Below, in pieces: positions 9,601 to 17,831 of a stretch of 64,000 bases of DNA. Numbering within the stretch: the first letter of the stretch is position 1; every line of letters starts with the position of its first letter. A program made the position numbers and the translations under genes. The notes beneath the pieces were generated by a model. The model was not told the origin of the DNA, did not search any database, and worked only from the letters and a program-made list of their open reading frames with translations. Source of the DNA: Bordetella parapertussis (GTDB lineage Bacteria; Pseudomonadota; Gammaproteobacteria; Burkholderiales; JACQAP01); the NCBI GenBank assembly GCA_945900965.1, contig CAMDKM010000014.1, positions 22,831 to 86,830 of the forward strand, written 5' to 3'.

Positions 9601-9724
9601 CAGTTGCAGCTATGGAGGTGCATGTGGCAGCGTAGGCATGACTACCCCCAACACTCAGTCCGGCAAGCGCAATCAGCAGCGCGCCTGTTTTGAAAGAATT
9701 TTTCACGATGACCGGCCACATCAT
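6665..9724 (-). CDS. 1019-aa secreted beta-helix-type repeat protein with shared C-terminal module (putative adhesin)
   Basis: Signal-like N-terminus (ALAGLSVGGSHAYA-A). It has long runs of G-T-L-T / N-x-x-G-x-x-T pseudo-repeats typical of parallel beta-helices. The C-terminal 149 aa are paralogous to the C-terminus of the 1525-aa protein. The start overlaps the barrel gene stop (ATGA at 9721-9724). Confidence 0.85.
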   Translation of the reverse strand: MMWPVIVKNSFKTGALLIALAGLSVGGSHAYAATCTSIAATAWNVQTTWGGAGVGCVGATGGIPGAADTVTIASPNIVTLDAARTVTSLTINSGGTLTLNSTLLNVTGNVVINGTLDDATAGGSGGVNITGNTSVISGSGTLTGEARLYTSGTTPSVAAGTNLTFTAATQFRAGRNGGTTVPGSVLTINGTLTSTVTGAANFLRLYANSTIISATGVINAAPSAITYQTNPATLTNSGTVTILNIVDTNNTNVWTNAAGSTLNVSGALLNASPAVLTANAATNTVNYNGAAQTGRVTIYSNLTFSGSGAKTFATTPTVNGVLSLEGTASVVVTGAGVVTYGANATLQYNKPGAYTATAEEWITPFAASGGVLIAGAGTITMNVAKVFNASVPLTINNGATLATNNLQVTFGGNFVKGATGTFTAGSSPIVIANTMATQSIASFTTTGLVSMTKTAGTSTFTGNVSGAGLTINGAGGALDLGAGLTHTFTGAWTRTAGTLNGGSSTLNIGGSCSGVGGTFTAGTSTVDWNAAGAQTVCAVSYFNLTLSNSGVKTMTGVTSIGNNLNISGTATMTGNAALTVTGAFNHSSTGSTTLTATTAISIGTYNQSAGTLIDNGNTITVTGTGANTWSQSGGTFTPTGTVIFTGAAPQIGAANFNNLTINVGAGNSATLTGNVTSSNVLTLTSGLVATGSNILDVTSNCTTATSGAGAARYVVGNLRLHYPTNAGTTTCTFPIGSAAAYSPVTVSVLAVTSSLANSSVTARTDAGDHADTTANTSGIDAAKSVNRYWTLTAGGSVTFSTYNVTFNFLAGDIDAGANTANFAIGRKSGGVWSYPTLGARNPTDTTATGITQAIGFGEFVIGERAFPVITLVKSAVIISDPVNNALNPKAIPGAILIYTVRLMNSGPGAVDANTVVITDPLPANVDLFVGDIGGPGSGPVAFADGTPVSGLSWTFTSLASGTDSVEFSQDGSVWTYTPSPDVNGFDTTVLHIRLKPQGIMNAAGSGNPYADFLFRARIR

Positions 9725-12700
9725 GGTTTGGTCGCTTCGTTCGCGTCGGCGCCGTCGGTTGATGTCACGGCGCGCTTGCCCCAGCGCGTGTTCTGGTCGA
9801 ACTTGAAGCGCAGTTGCAAATATATGCCTTGCGCGGTATAGCGCGCGGCGTCGAAATCGCGGTCGATAAAGCCGCGGAAGTTATAACCCAGCGTGACCCA
9901 GCCGTTGGTTACCGGCGAGATGCCAATCGAGGGGCCGTAGGAGTAGACATGGCTGCCGGCGCTGCGGGCATTGAGCGAACTTGCATGCAGACCGAAGTCG
10001 ATCCAGGAATTGATGTCGTGGCGCATTTCTACGGCGATCAGGTCGGTAAAGCCCGAGTAGCTCGTGCCATCGAAAGTGTCGAGTGCGTACTTGGCTCCGT
10101 AATACAGCGACCACTGATTACGCTCGTAGCGTTGGAACAAATTGCCCTCGCGGTCGATATCCGTCCACTCGCGCGAAACGCGATTGAGCGCGAAATTATT
10201 GATCAGCCGGCGAGAACGCGCGTTGGTGGCGCTCAGGCCGTTAAACCCGGTCAGACTGGCGCCACTGCCGTTTTGCACGTCTTCATAACGAAGTTCTAGC
10301 CGATCAAGAATCGACCAATGCAGCCCCAGCGGGCGGAAAGCCCACGACAGATCCACGCTCGCCAGCCGGCTGGTGGCCCCGGCCGCTTGTTCGGTGCGCA
10401 GGAATTGCGCCGAACTGCCGAAGGCGACACCGGTTTGCGCCTGGCGCAGGAAATGGCTCACAAACCCGTAACGATCGGTGGTATCGCCATCGCGAGATTC
10501 GGCGCGTCCATTCCAGCTCCACAACGGGGCGCGATAGGTGGCTCCGGCGCTAACCGCCACATAGTCCTCGGTCGCCCCGGGGATTCCGCCCAGAGATCCA
10601 CCCGCCGCCACCGGATGGTTTGGGTTCAACACCGGCCCCGGCTGCGCCGAGTGGTTAAAGGTTTGGCTGCTATCCATGCTTGCATCCATGCCCCATCGCT
10701 CGTTGATCAGCACGGCCTGAGTCATGCCCATCTGCGCGAAAGTACGCGGACCGTATTCGCTGATCTGGCTTTGATTCAGTGTGCTGTCCAGCCGCGCGCC
10801 CTTCCATGGCACGACCTGGGCGCCTACGCGGGTGGTGCTGGTGTCATAGGCCCCATCGGTAAATTCCTGGCCGGCCAGCAGGCGAACATTGTCGGTGAGC
10901 GCGTAAGTGGCGCCGAGCAGATAACGATCCGGGAAATCCACGCTGTCGCTGCGCCCGCCCAGCGCCGTCTCGCTTTGCGCGGAGAGTTCCAGCTTGCGAT
11001 TCATGAACCAGCGATTGACCGACAGGGTGGCCTGCTCGGAACGATAATCCTGGCCAGCCAGGGCGCCGCCTTCGGTACGATCGCTAATACTTTGGGCACC
11101 GACGCTGACGCCGCCTTCGCTTGTTTCGTGACGCAGCTTGGCCTGCGCGGCATCGCGGGTCGTATTGCTGCCCAGGTTTTCCTGTTGATAGGCTTCGCCC
11201 TGCACCGTCCAGGTATCGGACAGGCGCATGCGGCCTTGCGCGCCGATTTTTTGCTGGGCGGCGGTGGAGAAGCTCTGTTGATTCAGGCCAAAACCGGGTT
11301 CCTGGCGGCGCGCATAAAGTAACGCATCGTAGCGGCCGCTGTGATATTCGAATTCGGTGAGCCAGGCAATGCCCTCGGTCGAAAGGGTGGCGGCCTGGCC
11401 GCTGGTTTGCGCGGCTTCGAATCGCAGCTCCGAATCCTTGCCAACGCGTATCTTGAGGTCGGCGCCAGCAAGATTGGTGGAGGACAACCGGTTTTCGTCG
11501 CGAATGGCACTCACGCCAGCTTGCACCCGCCCCTCATTCAAGGTGACGCCGATTCGTCCGCCGGCGTTGAGTTCCTTGTTTGCCCTGCCCAGCGTTTCGT
11601 ATTCGGCAACTATCACGATCGGGTTGAATCCCGCATCGCGGCTGTTCACCGGCTGGCGGAAAAACAACGTGCCGTTGGAATAGTCGATGTCGTAGTCGAT
11701 ATGGCGCGTAAGCGCGCGCGAATCGATGATCTTTTCGGCATGCAGACGGTCACGGGTTTCGATGCGGATCTTTTCGCTGTTGAGCACGATGCCGCGCTGG
11801 GTAAGGCGGTAGAGCCCGGAGGTGCCGTCGCCCTGGATTTCGTCGTGGGCAAAACTCTGCGGCGTCTCGGCGGCAAACGCGGTAAAGACCACCGGCCCAC
11901 CGCCGTTTTCGACCTTGATACCGTTCAGCGTGCGGCTGTAGCGCGAGAGCTGGGTTTGCGTCAGCCCGGTTTCGTAGTCACCGAATAAGGCGTAGAACTG
12001 CCCGCGCTCGAGCTTGAGGTAGAGCTTGGACTGGCTGGGCGCATCGTGGCGCTGCTCGCTGCCATCGCCGTAGAGGGTGTAGTACTCGTTGGGGTCGATG
12101 GTACCAAGCAGGCTCTTGCGACGGTCATCGGCCTTGTCGCTGTCATAGGCCATGGTCAGAATCCACTTGCCCAGCACGCGGCCCTTGGCATACAGGCTGA
12201 TCTGCCCATCGCTGTAGTGGCCGTCTTCCACCTCGCCATTGAGTGACTGACTGTTGTCCTTCAAGGTCGTATAACCCACCGTGCCTTCGGCAAAACCCAC
12301 CACCACCCAGTCGCGCGCCTGCGGCTCCAGCCAGGCGCGCAATTCCTGGCTGCGGCGGTTGTCACCCGGCAATTGGAAATTCAGATCAAGCTGCACCGTG
12401 CCGGAATCGGTGGTCGGCGCCAGCTCGATATACGCGATACCGTCATCGCCTTCCACGACATACTGTGGCTCGAAGCGGTCCATGCCGGACAGTTGGCGTG
12501 TCTGTTCGCGTTCGATTTCCTGTTGACTGCGATAAGGCGCGTGAAGGATCATTGGCCCACTCACCCCGGCACGTACCGGCTTGCCATCGCGGTCAAGAAA
12601 GCGCACCGCCAGCACCGGACTGCGAATACCGTCGGCTTTCAGATAGGATTGTTCGAGCACCAATTCCGCGCGTGCTGGCGCATTGGCATAGTGAATATTC

Positions 12701-14769
12701 TGGGAAATCTCCCGCACTTTCTTGCCGCCGGCTTCCAGAATCTCGGCCTTGAACAGGTTGTCGCCTTCAATCAGCGGCACCCCGCGCCAGACGCTTACCG
12801 CGATCTTCTGATCGGCACTGAGTAGTGTGCCATCGAAGTTGAGATCGTCGACCTGATCGCCAATGGGATTTCTTAGCCGAACACTCTGCCCCGGCGCATG
12901 TTTGATGGCAATGCGCACCGCAGGCGAACGCGGATTGTGCCCGGCACCCGGAAACAGCCAGGCCACACCGGGTTGCTGACCAGCGAACCAGTCGATTTCC
13001 GCGCCGCTGGCCGCCACGTCGCTTATGACGGCGGCGCGCTTGTGCTGGCGCTCTTGAATTTCTCGCGGCGTCGAACCTGCCGCCGGTTTGATGTCGACCG
13101 ACTTGCGAGCGCCGGATTCGCTGCTCGGAGTACTGTTGGCGTCGCTGCCACAAGCCACGGACGTTTCCGCCACCGGCGTACGGCTGCGCTGGCCGGATTG
13201 TTCAAAACTGGCCAGGGCTTTTAACGGCTGGGTCGGACAATCGACTGCCTGGGCTTCGGCAACTGGAAGCGCGGTGTCGGCCGCGATCTCTACCGGGATG
13301 GCCGTCTGCGCCAATTCAGAAACGTTTGTCGAGGCAATCTGCACGATCGGAACGCTCGGAGGAATCACTGCCGCCGCCTGCTCCCCGACTTCGTGGGAAT
13401 AAACGATAAAGTCGGCACTGCGATTCTTCGCCATGGCGTCGAAGTTCTTGTTGTCGATCAATGGCGCGTTGGTGCCGCGGCCGCTGATGCGAACCCGCTC
13501 CGGGGCAAGGCCCAGGCGCGGGCCAATGAATTCGCCCAAGGCCTTGGCGCGGGCATGCGAGAGTTCATCATTGCTCTCGTAGTACTTGTGGCAGTCGTTC
13601 GACAACGCGCGGCTATCGGCGTAGCCGATCAGCTCCACCTTCTCAATGCCACCTTTGGCGCGCAATTTGGCGAGCAATTTCTCCAGGGCAGCCCGATCTA
13701 CCGGCGGCAATACGCTGCTGCAGCGATCGAATTGCGCGTTGAATACTTTGGCGCTGACAATCAATGTGGCCGGCGCGGGAAGCGGCTGCACCACGGGCAA
13801 CTCAGGAACCGGCACCGCCGCGGGCACTTCGACAGGCAGCGGAATTTCCACGCTCGCCGGTTTCAGCGGCGCAACAATGCGAAACTCAATCAAGCGTTTC
13901 CATGCGGAACGGGTCTCACGCCCCAGCGAGAAGGTCGCCAGCGAATCGGATATTGCTGGGTCCGGCGCCGGCTTGCCGTCCACGCGGGTGGAGCCCGGTT
14001 CGTAGCTCATGCCGGCGGGCAGCATGACCATGATCTTCAGATCGTCGACCGGTGTGCTGCCATCCACTTCAACGCGCTGTTCCAGTCCCGCACCCGCATG
14101 TTCCGTCTTGCCCTGCGCCTGGCTCAGGCGAATGCCGATTTCCGCGCGCGGCTTGCTGGTAAAGAAATCGGCACGCCAGAGCCCGCCGCCCTTCACATCC
14201 ACGAACTGGGAAAAGCTGCGCCCGGCGAAGCGCGTATTTTGCATGCAGGATTGCATCTGCTGGCCGGGCGGCAGGCTGTCCACATCCAGTTGCACGACAT
14301 GGGTGCCTGGGCGCACCGCTTCGAAGTGATATTGGCCGTCCTTGTCCGTGACGACATAGGTACCGTTTTCCAGCATGACCCGAACATTGGCCACGCCCTT
14401 GAGTTCGCTCCAGGGCGTACCGCACTCGCCTTCAAACACCCGCCCGATAATTGTGACGCGCCCGCTGAATAGAGGTTCGCGGATGCGCACCGCCACTTGG
14501 GCAACATTGGAATTCAGCACACCGCCACTGGCCGTCGCGCGTGCGGTGTTTATCGCGTAGCCCGGCAACACGCCGGCGCCCAGAATCACAACATAACTCA
14601 CACGCGCCGTGGCTCCGACCGCCAGATCGCCGATGCCAATAGTCAGCGTCCTGCCATCGATGCCAATACCCGGATCGGGCACAGGCTGGTCGTTGACTCG
14701 CAGCGAGCCAGCCTGATAGCGCATCCCCGGGGGCAGGACGTCCGTAACAACAGGGACGGTGGCTACCAC
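9721..14769 (-). CDS. C-terminal 1682 aa of a giant outer-membrane protein: DUF11 remainder, CarboxypepD_reg/CnaB-like, DUF11, Pro/Ala linker, OmpA-like domain (~13396-13767), Big_1-like domains, ~850-aa predicted beta-barrel (~9770-12310)
   Basis: ELIGYADSRALS..ELSHARAKALGEFI..RISGRGTNAPL..NRSADFIV matches the OmpA_C-like pattern. The C-terminal part has alternating-hydrophobic strands ending GIYLQLRFKF. It is in the same frame as ORF 14794..15897 and separated from it only by TGA. The ORF-track start is an internal GTG with no signal peptide. Confidence 0.8.
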   Translation of the reverse strand: MVATVPVVTDVLPPGMRYQAGSLRVNDQPVPDPGIGIDGRTLTIGIGDLAVGATARVSYVVILGAGVLPGYAINTARATASGGVLNSNVAQVAVRIREPLFSGRVTIIGRVFEGECGTPWSELKGVANVRVMLENGTYVVTDKDGQYHFEAVRPGTHVVQLDVDSLPPGQQMQSCMQNTRFAGRSFSQFVDVKGGGLWRADFFTSKPRAEIGIRLSQAQGKTEHAGAGLEQRVEVDGSTPVDDLKIMVMLPAGMSYEPGSTRVDGKPAPDPAISDSLATFSLGRETRSAWKRLIEFRIVAPLKPASVEIPLPVEVPAAVPVPELPVVQPLPAPATLIVSAKVFNAQFDRCSSVLPPVDRAALEKLLAKLRAKGGIEKVELIGYADSRALSNDCHKYYESNDELSHARAKALGEFIGPRLGLAPERVRISGRGTNAPLIDNKNFDAMAKNRSADFIVYSHEVGEQAAAVIPPSVPIVQIASTNVSELAQTAIPVEIAADTALPVAEAQAVDCPTQPLKALASFEQSGQRSRTPVAETSVACGSDANSTPSSESGARKSVDIKPAAGSTPREIQERQHKRAAVISDVAASGAEIDWFAGQQPGVAWLFPGAGHNPRSPAVRIAIKHAPGQSVRLRNPIGDQVDDLNFDGTLLSADQKIAVSVWRGVPLIEGDNLFKAEILEAGGKKVREISQNIHYANAPARAELVLEQSYLKADGIRSPVLAVRFLDRDGKPVRAGVSGPMILHAPYRSQQEIEREQTRQLSGMDRFEPQYVVEGDDGIAYIELAPTTDSGTVQLDLNFQLPGDNRRSQELRAWLEPQARDWVVVGFAEGTVGYTTLKDNSQSLNGEVEDGHYSDGQISLYAKGRVLGKWILTMAYDSDKADDRRKSLLGTIDPNEYYTLYGDGSEQRHDAPSQSKLYLKLERGQFYALFGDYETGLTQTQLSRYSRTLNGIKVENGGGPVVFTAFAAETPQSFAHDEIQGDGTSGLYRLTQRGIVLNSEKIRIETRDRLHAEKIIDSRALTRHIDYDIDYSNGTLFFRQPVNSRDAGFNPIVIVAEYETLGRANKELNAGGRIGVTLNEGRVQAGVSAIRDENRLSSTNLAGADLKIRVGKDSELRFEAAQTSGQAATLSTEGIAWLTEFEYHSGRYDALLYARRQEPGFGLNQQSFSTAAQQKIGAQGRMRLSDTWTVQGEAYQQENLGSNTTRDAAQAKLRHETSEGGVSVGAQSISDRTEGGALAGQDYRSEQATLSVNRWFMNRKLELSAQSETALGGRSDSVDFPDRYLLGATYALTDNVRLLAGQEFTDGAYDTSTTRVGAQVVPWKGARLDSTLNQSQISEYGPRTFAQMGMTQAVLINERWGMDASMDSSQTFNHSAQPGPVLNPNHPVAAGGSLGGIPGATEDYVAVSAGATYRAPLWSWNGRAESRDGDTTDRYGFVSHFLRQAQTGVAFGSSAQFLRTEQAAGATSRLASVDLSWAFRPLGLHWSILDRLELRYEDVQNGSGASLTGFNGLSATNARSRRLINNFALNRVSREWTDIDREGNLFQRYERNQWSLYYGAKYALDTFDGTSYSGFTDLIAVEMRHDINSWIDFGLHASSLNARSAGSHVYSYGPSIGISPVTNGWVTLGYNFRGFIDRDFDAARYTAQGIYLQLRFKFDQNTRWGKRAVTSTDGADANEATKP

Positions 14770-14793
14770 GGCTTCGTTATTGCGCAGATCCAG

Positions 14794-15897
14794 TCAATAC
14801 TGCAAAAAGTCACCGACAGATGCCTCGGCCCTCGACACACTCTTTTGCAGGAAGAACAGGCTCGTCGCCGGGTCGGCAGGAATGTCAATGTTCAGCGCCG
14901 GGCCCACCGCCACCGTAAAAACCTCGCCGCGCGAACCTGTCACCACGGAATAGGGATTGCCAGCCCCATCGTTGGCCATGCTGTTGTTGGGCACGCTCGA
15001 GGGTACGCGATGACCCGGCACCGGCCCCAACTGCAATCGATAGCTACCCACTGCCACGAGCGGAAAACGAAACCCGCCCGCAGGCAGGTTGTAAATTTGT
15101 CCGCCACCGTCGGTGACCGTGTTGCCGGTGATAACCGTCGAGGGGAAACTGCTCACGCCATCGTCGCCGAGAACCGTGGCCGGCGATCCGGTGACGTCGT
15201 TAAAAAGCGTCACGGTAACGCCATTGATTGGCGTGCCAGTGACAGAATCGAAAACAAATCCAAACGGATCCACCAAAGCCGCCTGCACAACAGTGTCGGA
15301 CAGGTAGATCGGATCCTGGTAATTCACCGTAATGCGCGTGTTCGTGGTAACCGATATTTGACCGTTATTGGAGCTCACGGCAAACGTGGGGCCCGCGCTG
15401 GGTATCATCGCGGCGAACACACCGCTGTTGGCGCTGGTTTCCTGCATTAACAAGGTTTCGCTGTCGCCCGGCACGGTGTCGCCGGTGATCGTGATGCTGA
15501 TCGTTTCCGCCACCAGCGGATCTAGATTGCGATTGGCATCGGCTAACGTGATATAGACAGGCTGGTTGATGTGGTAGACGCCCGTGGGCAAGACTTCGAT
15601 GAGTCCCGCGCCGAAGTCAAAACTGGTACCGCTTCCCGGCGAGGATTGGTAAAAAATGACGTTGGCCGGTGTCGGAGGCGGAGTGCTGTTGAGACTGGTT
15701 GTATTGGAAGACAGTGTGACCGGACCCGATGGGCCGGTGAAATTCAAGGTCGCCGTATTGTTGATCGGCGCACCTGTTGCAACGGCTGACCCCATCAATA
15801 GGGCACAAGCCATTATCGCCACATGCAAAGCGAGCAGGCGAGCGTATCCAGGAGCCTTGTTTAACAAGGCACGAAGGGAGAAAAACAGCGTCGGCAA
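14794..15897 (-). CDS. N-terminal 367 aa of the same giant outer-membrane protein (signal peptide, Ig/CnaB-like domains, first half of a DUF11 repeat), ending at an in-frame TGA
   Basis: TTG/ATG start region with an LLALHVAIMACALLMGSAVA-TGAP signal. It ends ..SVSRAEASVGDFLQY-TGA. Downstream, the same frame continues LDLRNNEAVVATVPVVTDVLPPGMRY, completing a DUF11 repeat. Confidence 0.75.
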   Translation of the reverse strand: MPTLFFSLRALLNKAPGYARLLALHVAIMACALLMGSAVATGAPINNTATLNFTGPSGPVTLSSNTTSLNSTPPPTPANVIFYQSSPGSGTSFDFGAGLIEVLPTGVYHINQPVYITLADANRNLDPLVAETISITITGDTVPGDSETLLMQETSANSGVFAAMIPSAGPTFAVSSNNGQISVTTNTRITVNYQDPIYLSDTVVQAALVDPFGFVFDSVTGTPINGVTVTLFNDVTGSPATVLGDDGVSSFPSTVITGNTVTDGGGQIYNLPAGGFRFPLVAVGSYRLQLGPVPGHRVPSSVPNNSMANDGAGNPYSVVTGSRGEVFTVAVGPALNIDIPADPATSLFFLQKSVSRAEASVGDFLQY

Positions 15898-15928
15898 GAC
15901 TGACTTTCGGTCCGAGTAGAAACTCGAA

Positions 15929-15955
15929 TGGCCGGCCCCCTGAGGGGACCGGCCA
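15929..15955 (-). terminator. GC-rich hairpin with partly U-rich tail between the second DUF11 subunit gene and the barrel gene (candidate partial terminator)
   Basis: The minus-strand RNA is UGGCCGGUCCCC-UCA-GGGGGCCGGCCA: a 12-bp stem including one G-U, with a 3-nt loop. It is followed by UUCGAGUUUCUACUCGG. Confidence 0.45.
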
Positions 15956-15983
15956 ACCCGGTTTCCTTACTCCGCGTAGGTGC

Positions 15984-17129
15984 TTAGTTCACCGTCACGC
16001 GAAAGATTGCCTTGAAGCGCGCGGCCGCCGCGATACTCGGTGCACGCACGGTGCCTGCTCCGGCCGTGGTGACATTAAAGTCTCCACCATCGGGGTCGGT
16101 TTCATCCGGATCCGTGTTGTTGTCGTCTTCGGCCGTGCCGCTACCCACGTCACAGGTGGAGCCGGCCCCGGTTGCCGCGGTCTTGATGCTGCCCGCGACA
16201 TAGGTGGTATTCGCCGGGATACCGTCCGTGAGGACAATGCTGGCTGCCGCAGCCGCACCGGTATTATTCACGTCCAGGCAGTATTCGATCACGGCCCCGG
16301 GGATGGTTTTCGGGAAACTTACGCCGTTGAACGGATCGCTGACCACGGTGGAACTCTTCACCACGACAATTGCAGCGGTGACTACGTCGTACTCGTCATC
16401 GTCGCTGTGACGGCCGTCCCTTGCGGCATCGGTATCGCCGGCCACGTCCCCGAACACCGTGTCGGTAAAGGCGGCGTTATCGGTGACTCCGGCATTGGTC
16501 TGCGCTGCGTCGGCTGCCAGCACACCCGGCGTGGCCGTATAGGCTCCCGTGCCTGAGGTCGTGGCATCCTGCGCCGCAATCGCAGTCAGTGTCAGACCGG
16601 CGGTATCGCCGTTGACGGTGGTGGCCGGAACACTGGCGACAATAAACACGGTGCGCACTCCGTCTGCCGCCAATTCATCAATAAAGGTCGCGGTATCAGT
16701 TAAGACTTCATAGGTGCCGTTGGCGTTGACATCGGCGAACACCTGCGGACCTGTGACGTCGAAGCTGTCAACATCCGCAAATGCAGTCGCGGCAAGCGTG
16801 GCATCCTGGGTTGCAGCCAGACGGAAATCGAGCACTGCATTGGAGCTGTTGGTTACCGTGAAGGTCAGTACCTGCGCGGTCGATCCCGGAACCACTGCGG
16901 TCGATGTTCCTCCGACTTCCGCCACCGTCAGATTGATGCGCCGATCGACCAGGAATTGCGCGGTGTTACTGTTGACTACAGGCTGGGGAACTGCCCCCAC
17001 GTCGTACGCTACCGAAGCGGAATTGCTGATGGTAGTTCCGGCCGCCGTGCCCGCCGAAAAAGCCGGGGTGGCAACCAGCAGTGATCCCATGGTAAGGGAG
17101 ACACCTAGAACAAGTTTTTTGAAACACAT
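15984..17129 (-). CDS. 381-aa secreted two-domain DUF11-like protein (putative structural subunit, paralog 2)
   Basis: ATG at 17129 with AGGAG 7 nt upstream, and signal MCFKKLVLGVSLTMGSLLVATPAFS-AG. It is highly similar to the 17832..19031 product (e.g. NSASV.YD..AVPQPV.NSNT.QFLVDRRINLTVAEVGG). The C-terminal domain is SDPFNGVSFPKTIPGAVIEY..FRVTVN. Confidence 0.85.
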   Translation of the reverse strand: MCFKKLVLGVSLTMGSLLVATPAFSAGTAAGTTISNSASVAYDVGAVPQPVVNSNTAQFLVDRRINLTVAEVGGTSTAVVPGSTAQVLTFTVTNSSNAVLDFRLAATQDATLAATAFADVDSFDVTGPQVFADVNANGTYEVLTDTATFIDELAADGVRTVFIVASVPATTVNGDTAGLTLTAIAAQDATTSGTGAYTATPGVLAADAAQTNAGVTDNAAFTDTVFGDVAGDTDAARDGRHSDDDEYDVVTAAIVVVKSSTVVSDPFNGVSFPKTIPGAVIEYCLDVNNTGAAAAASIVLTDGIPANTTYVAGSIKTAATGAGSTCDVGSGTAEDDNNTDPDETDPDGGDFNVTTAGAGTVRAPSIAAAARFKAIFRVTVN

Positions 17130-17166
17130 GATAAAACTCCTATCGAAAAAAGAGCGTTGGAAACCA

Positions 17167-17225
17167 GGTGCGATCCGCGACTGCATTACATTTACCAATC
17201 CGGAGGTGGCAATGCGGATCGCACC
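17167..17225 (-). promoter_or_regulatory. 12-bp perfect inverted repeat (GGTGCGATCCGC / GCGGATCGCACC) with a 35-nt loop in the intercistronic region upstream of paralog 2
   Basis: Read directly: 17167-17178 and 17214-17225 are exact reverse complements. In transcript orientation the hairpin ends ~37 nt before the ATG at 17129. Confidence 0.35.
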
Positions 17226-17299
17226 TCTACCGCCTCCGGCAATACTCTGAAATATGCGCTGGCCACTGTCGCGGCCAGCACAAGAATTCGATGTGGTAA

Positions 17300-17815
17300 T
17301 CACTTGATCACCGCCTTGTAGGTCACGCTGTCCGAGGCTCCGGGACTCACGGGAGCCATTACCATCCAGCGCACATGGGTCACGTCTTCGCCTTTGGCCA
17401 CACGGGTCACGCCATTGGCGGCTTTGACACGCAGTGTTTCAAGCGCGCCGAATTGTTTCCCCTTGTCCACGGAGAATTCGATGCGGGTGCCGGCGCCTTG
17501 CGCACTTCCCGGAATGTAGGCAAGGTGCTCTGGCACCGGATTGTTTACGACCACCTTTTCCGCCGGCTTGTCGCCGGTGTTGCGGTAAGTGATGACATAG
17601 ATGACTTCCGTGCCGGGCATCGCAGTCTTCACCGGCTCGCGTTTTTTTTCCGGTTTGCCATCCTTGTTCTTCACGACGCTTTCCTGAAAGGCCTCCGTCG
17701 TGACTTGCATTGTGTCGGCAGCAGCGCTAATGGACGAGGCGCTCGCCAGAATTCCAGTAACGAAAAATACCGGTACAACGAGGTGCCTGGACAGTCTAAA
17801 AAAAGAGTGCATCAT
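17300..17815 (-). CDS. 171-aa secreted single-domain DUF11-like protein
   Basis: Strong SD (GAGGAGG) 16 nt after the upstream stop. Signal VPVFFVTGILASASSISA-AAD. DUF11 signature PGTEVIYVITYRNTGDKPAEKVVVNNPVPEHLAYIPGS. It ends VTYKAVIK. Confidence 0.8.
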   Translation of the reverse strand: MMHSFFRLSRHLVVPVFFVTGILASASSISAAADTMQVTTEAFQESVVKNKDGKPEKKREPVKTAMPGTEVIYVITYRNTGDKPAEKVVVNNPVPEHLAYIPGSAQGAGTRIEFSVDKGKQFGALETLRVKAANGVTRVAKGEDVTHVRWMVMAPVSPGASDSVTYKAVIK

Positions 17816-17831
17816 GTTTGTTCCTCCTCGA

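Noticed and set aside
14794-14796. The in-frame TGA as selenocysteine, or as genome-wide TGA=Trp recoding.
   Set aside because: TGA is used as an ordinary stop throughout the window, including five ATGA overlaps, so there is no code-4-type reassignment. I see no SECIS-like stem-loop in the ~50 nt downstream (only a 4-bp GUGG/CCAC stem). A Sec residue in an exported Ig-like repeat has no functional logic.
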